Shown piece by piece: positions 14,001-26,975 of a DNA stretch of 64,000 nucleotides (the first letter of the stretch is position 1; the number at the start of each line of letters is the position of its first letter). The position numbers were made by a program, and so were the translations under genes. The notes below the pieces were generated by a model that saw nothing but the letters and a program-made list of their open reading frames with translations, did no database searches and was not told the DNA's origin. The stretch is from assembly GCA_024704765.1 (NCBI GenBank), contig JAKMXF010000313.1:150675-214674 (forward strand), given 5' to 3'. This stretch comes from Oopsacas minuta. Lineage: Eukaryota; Animalia; Porifera.

Positions 14001-17000
14001 AAACCGGGAACGTGGCAAAATACTATTAAATTTTTAGAGGAATTTCTACACATTTGAATTTTTTGTTTTGAAATAGGAAAACATTTTCCAAAATTATTTC
14101 TTACCCCTGTGACTCCGCTGACGCGCCATTGCCTAAAATACCCTTTACTCCAGACATCATCCCTCTTCAGGATTTTGATTAAAACTTCTCAGATCTATCA
14201 TATTCTATCCTTCTGTGTACCATATCCACAATTGTCGAATAGCCAGTTTGTACTCTTAATAGTTCCTCGAAGAATTCGTACAAATAATTACCGACAATAC
14301 ACAAACAACAAACAAACGAAAGAACATCAAGTTTCAATATAATGTATTTTCTTTATTGCGAGGCTATGCATAATGTTACTATTCAATAGCATGTTTCTAT
14401 CTTAGAAGATGCCAGTCCATCAACCCTTCTGATTATCGATAATATATTCCGGGATTTTCGAATCGACAGCATTTTTGACTTCTACACTAACTACAACGTT
14501 GGAAATGGAATGAGAGTGAATATTGACTTTGCTATAGACACTAGCAAGGACTGTCTATTTATTCGGGACCCCTCTTCTTCCAGGGTAGAACTCATTTCAT
14601 TAGACACAACTGGACTAGGGAATTTCAACATCAAGGTTAGTGTCATTACAGCTGTGCTTTAATTTAAATATTTTTGTTCCTTTTTAAAATTTAACTTATT
14701 CGCTCCAGATAGCTCTGCTTAATCCAGAACAAGGCCAATTTTACGATCCCGCAACTGAAAGAGTTAATAACGAGAAGTTGCTGAGATATCTCAGCAAATA
14801 TGATCCAGCTTATCAGATTCTATACCACACTTATATTCTACAGGTATTGTAGTGTACAGTCAACATCGGTAACTCGAATGCCCGTCACATTGAACATTCA
14901 TTATCTTGAACGAATATTCACTTCAGCAAATTTGGCACAAAGTTGCACTAGGGTGTGCTTGAACCTTTTAGGAGTGGAGCACTTCATGAAAGGTCAGGGG
15001 TGTGATGCACACTCAGTTTAATGTGTCACTTTTAGACTGCATATAACTCGTTCAGTTTGAAATCACCTCGTTGAGTGGTTACACATTTACAAAGCAATTT
15101 ATTTTGTAATTTATTGCTCATTCTGAATTTTGATTTCCTTCCTAACTAGTATGTATACCACCATGTTCTAACTCGATTTAGAGTTTATTATTTATTAACA
15201 TAATCAAATTTAAATCTAAAATATGATGGTACTAGGTTGCCAGACTTCCGTGTTTGAAGGGTTTATCCAGGAATCTCTGGGCAGGCACTTTTTCTTGCAG
15301 GGACTCTCCTGGAATGGCACTTATCAACGAAAACAGTCCAGAAATTAATTCGAATTGATCCTGTACTAATTTGAGTCTCACGGTCGCACTTTATGTCCTT
15401 CATGGCTGCTGAACTGGCACTTTTAGGTTCCCTCAAGTAAACTATATGAATCCCTGCCCTAGACGTATCAATATTATAGAAAATTCCCCAATCATGACCT
15501 AGAACTGATTGTAATAATGACGGAGTATTGTTTTATAGTCTGGCATTTGGAATATATTGAGGTGATTATATTAGCGGTAAGTGGAGGGCATTCCCCATTC
15601 AAGTTAAACGTTGCATTTTCTTATAAACCCTGGTGAAAACAGCGTCAGGATAAGATATGTATCCCGTATTCGATCCTCTACCCCCAAAAATACACCATTG
15701 ATTATCTAAACGAATTTTTGTCCAAGTTTAGGATGAAAATCTGGCAACACTAGAAGGTTAGATAGAAAGGAATAATAATTCAGAATGAGCAATAAATTAC
15801 AGATAAATTACATTGTAATTGCGTAATAGTAACTGCAACAATGGATGAGGCGCATACATTAGTCCAAATTTTAGTGATCGAATGCATGCATTCACGGGGA
15901 AATTTCGTCGCGAGGAAATATAGTCATTTACCTTGGTTGTTTTGAATCTAAATGCTCTCAGTAACTCACAGCCTGCTCCAGATCCAACTCAAATCCAATC
16001 AAACACCACACCAGTTATCCAAATAGTCTACTGAAATGCTCATATTCTCTCGACTGTTAATTCTTATGTGATGATTCCAAATTCTAATTGGGGATAGTGG
16101 CGTTGGCGTTCTTCTAGTCATATCTTCTAATCATAAATTATCGCGACCAATATTCCTCGCGACCATCTTTCCGTCAACGGCCCCCTATTAAGGCATGATT
16201 ATATTTCTCATTATAATGAACACGAATTATTTATGGAATATAAGATTGGATAATATCGACGAGCAAAGGAGGTAAAACTAACGCAAACATCACAAAAAAT
16301 TTGGACTAATGCCGATTTTGATATTTGGACTACCGCAAATATATGAAATTTGGGCTAATGTATAAATACGAATTTGGACTAACGACGCGACCCCCAATGG
16401 ATGAGTGTGAAGTCGGCAGAGAAACTAATCGAGCGCACTTTAACAAGTCATAATTATGCAGCTACTGCACGTAGAGAAGTACCATTTGGAATACATCAAT
16501 ACTAGCCTAGGAGGTTTCTGTCATTTATATCAACTCATTCTAACACCCCAGTGTGTAACGGTGACGTTTCAAAAATTGGCAAATTCGTATTCACCATACT
16601 AAGTTAAAGGCCACTATGTTGCTCTGATAGAGGAATTTCCCTATGTTATTCACTGAAAACTCCGTTAGTGAAACTTTTGATTAGTGAACACTATTCTTTG
16701 GCCTCAAGTTTATCCTTAGCATTTATTTGAACCTCTAGTTTGTGACCTCAATATATTGCAATTATCTTTAACATGTCTCACTGATAGAATTTAATACACA
16801 ATTTGATGGCAGATATCCCCCATCAGAGAATGGCTCCGCCGCTTCCAGGCCTTCTTATGAGGATTCCTGGATCCGCTACTCGCTAGTAGACTACGTATAA
16901 GTTTTGTTTCAACTTTGACTAACATATCATAAGCTATTATGTGTCATGGTGCGTATAGTACCTGTAGTACATACCCGCCATTACATCTAAAGCAACTAGC

Positions 17001-20000
17001 ATGCATAGCTAGTAGAAGATATAAACCTGAGATTTGGGGAATCTACTTAAGTATTTTGATATTGAGGGTAAATGTAAGCGAAGCAAGCCGAAAATTTACT
17101 GATAGCAATTTGAAATAGTAATGGTTATAAACTTTTCTTGTTTTGAGATAATATGTCGGCACGAAACGTAGTGTAGGACTAGTGTCCGATTTTTCTCATG
17201 GACTCTGTCACTATCATTCATGTACTTAATTATCCTGGCGAGTGGGATATATCCCCCTACTCCCTGGATCCGCTACTGCATTTGCTTAGGTCACGCTAAT
17301 ATTGAATATAGGAGTTATGTTCTTGCTCCTTGACGTCTACAAAAGAGAATAGACATTGTTAGTTGATTTCTAACATGATTACATGGGTAGGGATGGTGAA
17401 AATGCTGTTAACAGCTACAAATTTCCAAATAATTAATAGTTAGAGTTGATTTGAGATTTCAAATCTAATCTTTGCTGTTAACAGATGACTGTGAAGTTTC
17501 CATTAATAACAACGTCACCGTTACTCACTAAGGTGTTAGAATGAGTTGATATAAATGACAGAAACCTCCTAGGCCAGTATTGATGTATTCCAAATGGCAT
17601 CTCTCTACGTGTGCTGGTTGCATAATTATGACTTGTTAAAGTGTGCTTGATTTGTTTCGCTGCCAATTTCACACGCCTAAATAATAGCAAGTCATATCAA
17701 GGAAGTAGTAGAACTGTCATAGGTAGTTGTTCTGTCATACAACAGGACAAAATTTAGGATGGAATGTTCGGGTTCGATGTTGATCATTTCTAACTTAGAA
17801 CTTTGTGAAGTACAGTCATATCATTCTAATTGCTCAAATTATTTATGTAAAATGAACGAAGATTATATCTATAACAGAATTATAAACTCCTCATACCCTG
17901 CTAGGGTTCGGAACTATCCGACAATGAAAGTAATACTTTTCCCAGTTTGTTATTAGACTCACTTTATGCCTGTATTGGATGAATACTATGCTAATATACG
18001 AATTGATTTTGAAGGATAACTGAAATATAAGAATGACTAATATTCATTTGCTAAACTAATGTATTATATTTAACCTAATCTAACTTCTTGAAGTAGCTTT
18101 TCAGGAAACATGATGTATCTATTATATCGTCACCTAGCTGGGATCGTATCTTGGTGATAAATAGACCTGCAGCAGAAAATGCTCTTTCAGATTCTACGCT
18201 TGTTGGAGGTATTGAATCTAAGGCATTTAGGAGTATATTGAGGTGTTAGACTACGATTTACAAATGATATATGGATGCCAAATTATCCGGATATTCGACC
18301 AAATATTATCCGGATACCGGATAGTTGCAGTAGATTTACTATCCGGATTCCAAACTCTATACCCTGCCCCAGACAAGAGTATTCAGCTAATTCAAAAATA
18401 TCCATACAGATAATACTATAATGGGTTTATTCTTGATGGTCAATACAATAAAACATTATGATTAAGAGTGTGTCTAGCGTTAAAATCGCTATCCAAGTAT
18501 TCGGATGGCACAGTTCCTAAGATTTCTATGAAATACTCACTAATATAGTTGAACACTTTCAACCCTGTGTCACTTAGTGAAACCTATCACCATATGTATA
18601 TGGCTGTAAATGGTATAAAGTGAGACAAAGTGTCATGAGTTGAAAATATTCAACATTATCAATTAGTATTTAAACCGGAAGTCTATCTACTGAGGTTTTC
18701 AAATAGTCAGAATGCAAATTTGACATGGGATACACTCTAAAATCTAAATCTTACAGTTTTACTGTATTGGCCCCTCGATTAGTACTTTTGCATGGAAATT
18801 TTAGCAATGAGCAGATCCGAAATTCTTTGAGGTCTTAATGTCACTAACATTAATAATATTAAATTTTATCTGAATTCTTAATTGGACCTCAATCCTGGTA
18901 ACTTAAAATCCTTTAAATTGACATTTTAATGTTACTAGCGCGCTTCGCTTGCAAGGTTGCTTCACGACGTGAGGCGCCTACACAACTACCTCTTCAAATC
19001 CAGAAAAACCCCAAGGGGTCAAATTGTATAATGGAGTCGAGAACTACTGGTCTAGAGGGCTTTCAGTTATTATCTACACTTAGGAATATACAGTGGCATA
19101 CCTAGGATTTTGTAACTGGGGAGGCAAAGGGAGGGCCAAGACAAACTCCAGGGATCTTACATTTGACCCAAGAATGCTGAAACAACACACGAACATTACC
19201 TTTGGTTTCTCAGATTAAATTTCTTACAAGTTTATAAACTAAACCAACTTATGGTATACCTATTATAATAATCAAATACTACAATTTGTAAAATAATTAT
19301 TGGCTATACATATTAACTAAAAAATCTCTGGTTAAAGGACATATACATTGAAATTATTTGGGAATGGGGGGTGGGGGTTATCAGGAGATCTTCCGACCCA
19401 ACCTCCCCACTCATAGAGGTTCTACTGTATTTGGTCGGGGGCGGACCAAAACAACACTGGCCAAACATTTCGTGACATAGCTTTTAACAAACATATGCAA
19501 CTAGGGAGTAATAATTCTTCTTTAAGAAATAGCAAATCTTACAATCTTAAAAAACTGGGTATATACACTTCGGGTTGGGTTGGGTTTTGAAAAGTGGACC
19601 CGATTCCAACTCTGATTCGAGTGACCACTCAAACGACTTGAAATCTCTCACTCATTACGAATATCGACACCAAAATTCGATTCAAACTGAATATGTTTTC
19701 TGCATTTTGATGGTACTGTCAAAATGTATCCACAAGTGGCACATAAACCTGAGTGTGCATTATATCGCCTGGCCTTCGATGAAGTGGCTCCCTCTAAAAT
19801 CTTAAGCACACCCTAGTCAACTTTGTACCAAATTTGGTTCTTTTACTCGACTTGTTTCGATAATCGTCAAATTCGATACTAACAGTCGGGCTACTTTATG
19901 CACGTAGAGATAGACTACGTATTAACTGATAATGTCTTTTTCAATCTAATTACTCTAAAAGAGTTTGTTGTATTTACTTTTATTCATTTTACTATTTCTT

Positions 20001-21895
20001 AAAGCCATCCCACATATACTGTGCATCAATTGAGGATTATCTCCCATACCTCAACTACAAAGATAAGTTAAGTTTTCCGCTACCTGCGACTGTATTCTTC
20101 ATCCTGACTCCCATCATAGAGACCTCTCTATACCAGTTCCTTCACCAAGAACCAAAAGACCAGGACTTTTCAGATTCCAGTCAGGATTTGATAATCTTAT
20201 CTCTCCTATCCGACTGCCTACTCGCACTTGAGCACCTCAAACAACTCGGAGTAGTACACAGGAATATTACTGCCCAGAATATTTTAGTCGATATGTAAGT
20301 ATTGGTTATATGATTGCAAGAACTCTCGGAAATCTTTCGATTTATTTTCCCATCTTATATTATGTTTTAATTATTGCAATAACGAGGTGGCTTTGGGCTA
20401 TGCTTAGGGATAATGATGGGGACTGCCTGGCCACCTAATAAGACTAAAAGGAAATGCCGACTATTCATATGAATAAATTTTGATGTTTATGCATTTCCTT
20501 TCACACTAGAAAACTCCAACGAGCTCTACTTTCCAACTTTTCAACTTGTATTGATTTGTTTAACATTAACGAAGAGCCTTACCTCCTTAAAGACATCAAT
20601 AACAAGATTCCTCTATTTGGCGGTGTGTCAGAGGCTCCCGAACTCATTCACTTCTCCTCCCTCCCGCAGGACCAACTCTCAGATCTGGAGCTCAGCCTCG
20701 TGTACAGACATGTTGATACTTATTCTATCGGACGCTCTTTCTATCACAATATTTTCAATAGAGATGCTAGATATTCTCCTTCACAGGTTGTTATCTATTT
20801 AACATATTGACCAATATAAGCTGTTTATCTTATTTTCATAACCGTATCCTTGTAAGCAACACGTCTGTCCCGTACCACTTCTTACAACACACAACTCTCC
20901 ACTTAGCACTTACTTTATAGGTTCAGTATATCGCAACTAGGTTTCTTAGTCTACGTAGGCAAAGATGACGTCATGCCAACCCGCCCTATACTTTTTATAT
21001 TATGGGAGTCTAGATCCGGATCTGGGTGGGCACTGCAAAGACTACAACCAGTTTTTTGCGCGCCCTTGGACACTCTTGTTCCTGGTGATGTCGGCACTGC
21101 GTTCAAAAAACCGCACCAACTCTAGCCAAACCTTTGCGACATTATGACACTTTTCTACTTTACGAGCCTTTGGCTCGTCGCTTTGCGCCTCGAGGTATCC
21201 ATTATTCTCCAATTTGACGGCCCCTTTGAGTATTATAATATAGATATATTAAAAACAACAAATTTACTACATATGATTAATCCAAGTGTAAAAATCTGAT
21301 TCAGCATGTTCGATATATTTAGTTAAGTTTTATTGAATTATGTTAACTTTGTTGATAATAAACACGATAAATAAGTAGTTATGCAACATTTCAGAATTGA
21401 GAAATTCGAATTCAATATTGCATTCCATAAATCCTTTCCTAGACAACGGACAAATAGACAGACAGACAATAACAGCAATTATATAAGACAGATTTAGTAC
21501 TACGTAGTACAATTTTGACTGTTATGGACCTGTCTTTAGAATGGTAAACACTAATACATCTATTTCCCCTTCCTCTATAGGAATATTACGAAGATGATAT
21601 TATCACTCCTCATAACTCTGGTACTACACGAGAGTTCTTACAGAAAATCCTGCTAAATCTAATATCTAACTCCCCTCAAGCACGTATGGAGCCCCTCCCT
21701 GCTGCTAGGTCGATAATCTGTCTCCTTTCTTTGGAAGAATACCTTCTTAGAGAACCCACCGACCTCTTACTCACCTCTCTTCTTGCAGCACACCTCACCG
21801 ACAATCGCTCCCTCTCTCTCGCTTCGTTGTACTTCTACATACTGTGTGGTAAAGAGGAAGTAAATCAAGCTCAAGAATACTACTTCAAAAAATGA
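5054..21895 (+). CDS. Ankyrin-repeat protein with C-terminal PINK1/PEAK-like pseudokinase domain, 11 exons, ~771 aa
   Basis: Manually spliced, all GT-AG and phase-consistent: 5054-5260, 6812-7124, 8784-8865, 11354-11409, 11800-11911, 12215-12513, 14406-14635, 14709-14843, 20005-20294, 20510-20786, 21581-21895 (2316 nt, open to TGA). Ankyrin motifs GRTPLYAA, PIHGAS, GDTALHLA, DKTPAMEA. Kinase-fold motifs VVHRNITAQNILV, LLSNFS, EAPE, DTYSIG, PQARM. Confidence 0.75.
5273..5520 (+). mobile_element. Non-autonomous Helitron-like repeat copy (partial) in intron 1 of the ankyrin gene
   Basis: A|TC start, tgtc/ctgt microsatellite head and core shared with copies at 7686, 21163, 23180 and 33586. 3' end uncertain. 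Confidence 0.6.
6072..6220. mobile_element. hAT-type MITE with 8-bp TSD CTTTGAGT
   Basis: CTTTGAGT at 6064-6071 and 6221-6228 flanks CAAGGGCGGCGG...CCGCGCTACTG termini. Confidence 0.75.
6254..6418. mobile_element. Tc1/pogo-type MITE with TA TSD
   Basis: TA|CAGTGGACG...TTATAAGAACA at the left end and TGTTCTTATAACCTGCGTCCACTG|TA at the right end. Confidence 0.7.
7686..8148 (+). mobile_element. Non-autonomous Helitron-like element, near full-length
   Basis: A|TC 5' end, gtct/gttt microsatellite, 3' gcgacgggccaaatactcg|T. Collinear with 33586-34110. Confidence 0.65.
18075..18245 (-). pseudogene. hAT transposase C-terminal dimerisation-domain relic
   Basis: Minus strand reads LLNALDSIPPTSVESERAFSAAGLFITKIRSQLGDDIIDTSCFLKSYFKKLD*, the hAT SxxSERxFS motif. 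There is an in-frame stop just upstream and no larger ORF. Confidence 0.8.
21163..21492 (-). mobile_element. Non-autonomous Helitron-like element in the last intron of the ankyrin gene
   Basis: A|TC start, 3' hairpin ACGAGCC-AAA-GGCTCG|T (plus-strand 21162-21178). Same family as the 5273 copy. Confidence 0.65.
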
Positions 21896-23179
21896 GAAAT
21901 GCTATCAATGCTAAACTTAATTCTTAGTTCTATTTTTAGTTAATGTTTGTATTATTTTTTATTTTCTTGACCATTGTGTGTTGAATTTTACCTTAAATTT
22001 ATGTCAGGCTTGTTCCTGTATGTTGTCCGGATGTCTAACTACCTTCTGATTGTTGGATTCTGTCTTTGGAATCGATATTTACTTGCTGAATTGGAGTTTA
22101 TAGGATTTGTTAAGAATCTTGCTTACGTATAATTGATGTCGGCCATGATTCTTCCACCCTGTACCAGCTATGGTCGGCCAATGATAACTGGTTGAGGCAT
22201 GTCATGGGATCCGGACCATTTAAAGCGTTACATTTCCTATTAACGAGGTTTCACTGTAATTGTGAAACATTTCATTACGCGACTTATTCATTATGCTGCT
22301 CTTTTTACTGTGCCGACTACTACTTAGTGTGCTAGTTGGGAAATTGTTGCTTATATCTTTTTTCTCCGTATCACCTCTATTGCCAAAAGTGTTATATGCT
22401 AGTCTAAGTATTTAAGAGATTCGTCGGATGGGCTTCTCCCCTTTTTGCTAGCCGATCGGACACCAAGAGCCACTATTTCACACCAGGGTCAAACTTTTGT
22501 CTGACCTCTAAAAATTTCACATCTTACGAAAGAGAAAAACTTCTACACCTTTGTACTCTTCTAGAATTTATTTTGGTTGTAGTTTTTTTGCTAAAGGGAA
22601 ATGAAAAATAGTCATTTTATAGCTATGTCATCAGTGATATTCATATTGTTCTTTAATGTTAAATACACTCGAACCTCTCTCATCCGGACCTCTGATATAC
22701 AGTCACCTCCCTCAACCGGGCCCCTACCCGTCCCGGTTCTGCCAGATCATCAGACCGCCACTTCCCATTACATAATGAGATTTTGCCCTGGGTATGCAAA
22801 TCCTGCGCATGTGCACCCGAGCTACGCCTCTGGTTGAATCGAATATTGAATCATTTTGTTGTAACCTTGTAATAACAAAACTTGAATACTCAATCATGTT
22901 CCAACAGATTCCACCCTACAGTCAATCCCCCAAAGTTTGCACACCATTCAAAATAGAAAATATCTAAACCTTTGTACTCTTCTCATATTTTATATTGTTT
23001 ATAGTTTTTTACAAATGTATATGAAAATATTCATTTTATAGTACTTATTGTTTTTAATGTTAAATATTTATTTGTTAATTAAACAATTAATTCTGTTTAA
23101 TATGAATTCATTGAAAATGTAAGCTTAACAATAGCTTTAATTATTTAAATTATATTTAACGATTTAAGTATAATATATA

Positions 23180-23516
23180 CGAACCTTTGCTTCGTCGCTT
23201 CGAAATTAACTCGGAAGTATTTTGTAAGATCAACTCCATTTGTAGCCGTTGAGAGCAAGTATCTACGTAATTTTGAGATTTTGCTAATTTGTTTACTTTA
23301 TATTCATAAAGGACAACAATAAATTTGCATATGATTAATCCAAAAGTGTGAAAATCGGATTCAGCATTTTCGATATATTTAGTGAAGTGTTATTGAATTG
23401 TATTTACTTCCTTGATAAACACGATAAATACATAGTTATGCGACATTTTCAAAATTGCATACCGTAAATCCTTTCTTTGACAACAGACAAACAACAATTG
23501 AGATTTTAAAATATAG
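23180..23516 (-). mobile_element. Non-autonomous Helitron-like element
   Basis: Reverse complement of the 7686/33586 family core; 3' end acgaagcaaaggttcg|T. Confidence 0.6.
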
Positions 23517-24414
23517 TTTTTTGAGGCGTTTGCATTAGTCAAAATTTGACATGTTGTCATTAGTCCAAATTTAAAAACTCAATTCACCGTCTGTGCCACT
23601 CAAATTTTTACCAAATTTTTTTTAGTGGATTATGAAACTATATTATTCTACTAAATATCCATTTTAGCAAAGAAGAGATTTGAGTCTACACAATACAAAT
23701 ACATTACAGTGCTAATTAACTTACAAACACTCCACAAGAACTAGTTTTATGCATTTATGCCTATTTGTAAAACACTACTTTCTGATTGGGCTAAAATACA
23801 GAGGTGTCAAAAGGTGTAAAACTATACACATAGGAATTTTTTCAAATGTCAGGTGCACATCTAGATGTCACTACGAGTATATATATTTTTTGTAATATTG
23901 CTCCATTGCAATTTGCAATGTCAAATTGTCAAGTTTATACTTCAGAATTGATATATGTACTTTAATTAAAAGGACCCGAAAATATCTTGATAGTGAACGA
24001 TACAACCACATTGTAAACCCATATTAATAACTTTTTAACAACTCTCTGAAAATATGGACTAAAACCAATTTTTAGTGCAGCTCCTATAGGGAGGTGCTCT
24101 AATGGCATGGACGATGTACGTAGTTCGTACGTAAAATATTTTTTCAATTCAAAAAGGTAATTTAATAGAAATGTATTTCCCTGATATTTAACGTTTTAAT
24201 AATCGTAGAAGATTGGTATAAACAGTTAAATGAGAATAATTTAATACACTAATTCCGAATTCCGAATTCATACTCTTGAATTTGTACCGATCAAATCCCC
24301 ATCCATTAGTCCCTTCTTTAATAATATATTTAGTCAACCGATACTTTAATAAAATTGGACATTATATGGATATTCAATCCGAGCGGAGCGAGGAAAACTA
24401 TATAATTACAACTT

Positions 24415-24557
24415 GTGCCAACAGCTTAGTCTATTAATTAAATTTGTTTAAAAAGTGGTAATATTAATTGGAGGCACTATGTGTATTGGAATTAAACCTA
24501 ACCTTTCATAGTGCCACTTTTGAAACAAATTTAATTAATAGACTAAGCTGTCGGCAC
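24415..24557. mobile_element. MITE with ~44-bp TIRs
   Basis: gtgccaacagcttagtctattaattaaatttgttt at the left; near-exact reverse complement ends at 24557. Confidence 0.7.
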
Positions 24558-25290
24558 ATTTTGTAATTTTTTCACTGGCCCAAACTTAAACGACCATAAC
24601 TCCGTTAGTTTAGAGGAAGCTATAGGTTCCAGAATAGGTTCAATCGATTTATTTGTTTATTTTCTATCCTTCTGTAGAATTCTAATAAAACTTCCTTTTT
24701 AAGTAGGGTTAACAACTTAATTTATGCGAAATACACAAGCTTGTGACCAAATTGTTGAAAATTTGTTATTTCAATTTCCTCTAAAATTGAGCGAAATAAA
24801 ATTTGGAAGCATCCTCGCAAACATTAGGAAATTTTCTAGAATCGGATACCCGAGAATAGAAAAATTCAATAGTCTATCCAAATGTATATTTAGGCTATGT
24901 AAAATTAATTACTTGTTTCTCATCCGGAATTTCTTCGGAAACTGTCACGGCGGGCGGTATTTTATTTTTATAGGTCAGTTAATACATAAAATATTTTGAC
25001 CCTTCGATTATCTCGCCACATTCTCTCTGGGCACTAAAAATATGGAATTTTTCAACTATATAACTAGTAAATGTGGATTGCACAGTCTGTGGCCAAAGAA
25101 TTATCCATAATTTGGAAAAATTTAGATAAAATCTTTCCGAACGGAGGATAAAATTTGGGGAGGGCGGGGATGAGAAACAAGTATATTACTTTACATGGCC
25201 TTATAGGGAATATGTGGGATTGATGAGGTGCTATGTTTATTTTGAATAGAGTCGAATTACCTTATTATAAATGATTAGATTATCAGTTAG

Positions 25291-25659
25291 ATGAACGATC
25301 CTACTAACATACCAAACAGCAAGCTACTACATTGTGAACATGCTCGAGAACGGATCGTGTTCCAGGTCTCAGGACAGGTCGATGAGTTCGGCAGACTAGC
25401 CAAAGGAGTTGTGTCTGATTCTGGGAGCAGCGAGTTGATTATCAAATCAGCAAAGAAATTAGTTTCACGTGAAAGTTATATTGAGAAAACAGAATCTGAT
25501 ATAGCAGGATCTTGTGAAACTCTTAACAAGCAACCTCTACAGTTGGAAACAATGTACCAACATTTAGTTGTTCTAGAAGAATCAAACAAGTTAATTAATG
25601 AAATAGTGTCATCTATAAAAGAAGGGCTAAATCTAACAAATTATTCTTCCATTTCTTGA
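25291..25659 (+). CDS. BORCS7: BLOC-1-related complex subunit 7-like
   Basis: 122-aa coiled-coil ORF. LAKGVVSDSGSSELIIKSAKKLVSRESYIEKTE resembles recalled BORCS7 LTKQVLKGSRSSELLGQAARNMVLQEDAILHSE. Confidence 0.65.
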   Translation: MNDPTNIPNSKLLHCEHARERIVFQVSGQVDEFGRLAKGVVSDSGSSELIIKSAKKLVSRESYIEKTESDIAGSCETLNKQPLQLETMYQHLVVLEESNKLINEIVSSIKEGLNLTNYSSIS

Positions 25660-26975
25660 CTGAATTATTATCTGTACACTTCTCAGAATAAATTACTTAT
25701 TTATATTGTATGATAGATAGGGCATAGTTAGGCTGAATTATACTTGCAAAAATTATTCCTCACACGAAAATCTTAAATACATGTTCTCTTACTCCATTTT
25801 GTCCCTTTATATGTGAATGTGATGCTTATTAAACACAGCACAACAAATATTTGAGTTATTCAGCTATTCAATCAGAGAGCATTACATATCAAAATTTCAA
25901 CTATGAATACATAGGACATATCTAATAATTGCATTGGGTACATACTTGCCAACTGTCCCGTTTGTGGCGGGACGTCCCCGATTTTTGGAACATGTGTTGA
26001 GAGTCAATGAGGTTTATGTCCGGCCACAACCTGCCCGAACCTTATTGGTCCTTTTTTGTAGTACAGTCTCTTACAAATATGCTAAGTCCCGCGATGTCCT
26101 GCTAGATTAGAACATTCCGTCCCGCTTTTTTCTTCACTCAGGTTGGCAAGCATTGTAATTTTATAGATTATTAATTGAATATGAATTTAATTATTCTCCA
26201 CTAATATCAGTAGAAGCTAAGCAAATACTACTTGCTTAGCTTCTACTGATATTCATACAATGGAAGAGATTCTTAATATTTGATCCGTATGTTAACTAGT
26301 TCATTAATGAAACCATATTATACAAATATCATTTAGTCTCATTAGTGAGGATACATAAAGAATCAGCTGATATTCTATTATCTTTGAGTTTACTAAAATA
26401 AAGAGTCTACTAGCAATACTAGCCTTTATTTTTAGTGTGCTACCTACTACAACTAGTATTGTTTTATTTAAGTAATTTCCCTTACTACTACTTATGTATT
26501 TTAATTATTTTTGTCAGTGATCTTTTATCTTTGAATACCCCTTAAACAAATTTTGAAATCTTCGCCTAGTTTTATTTTATAGGAACTCAGAGCTCAAGTC
26601 TGAAATGTTATTGAGTATTCAAGTGCATCATTCATTTTTATTCGTGTAATACAATCTCAAGTTGATGAATATGGCCATACTGATTTTATTCCCGTTTATG
26701 CTGGATAAAAACAATATTCCCCGGTGTACTCACGAATATCTCTTGTAAATAATAAACAATATTTTGGGAAAATATCAGAGCTGTATACATAAATCAAGAT
26801 ACGTACATATAAATACGAGTGTGTGACTTATTGTTACTCTACACTGAGTGTTGGCATTCCCAGTTTGATTGTTTGATTACCACTCACTTATTTATTTAAT
26901 CTATTCCCTTGGATTATTTGCTTGATAACTTAACTATTAATTAATTATTTTGTATAGATTACTCTTATTATATTT

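Noticed and set aside
17957-18019. Phase-0 acceptor and short frame THFMPVLDEYYANIRIDFEG* as an extra ankyrin-gene exon
   Set aside because: It would truncate the kinase fold; the direct join 14843 to 20005 is in frame and fits better. Cannot be excluded as a minor terminal exon.
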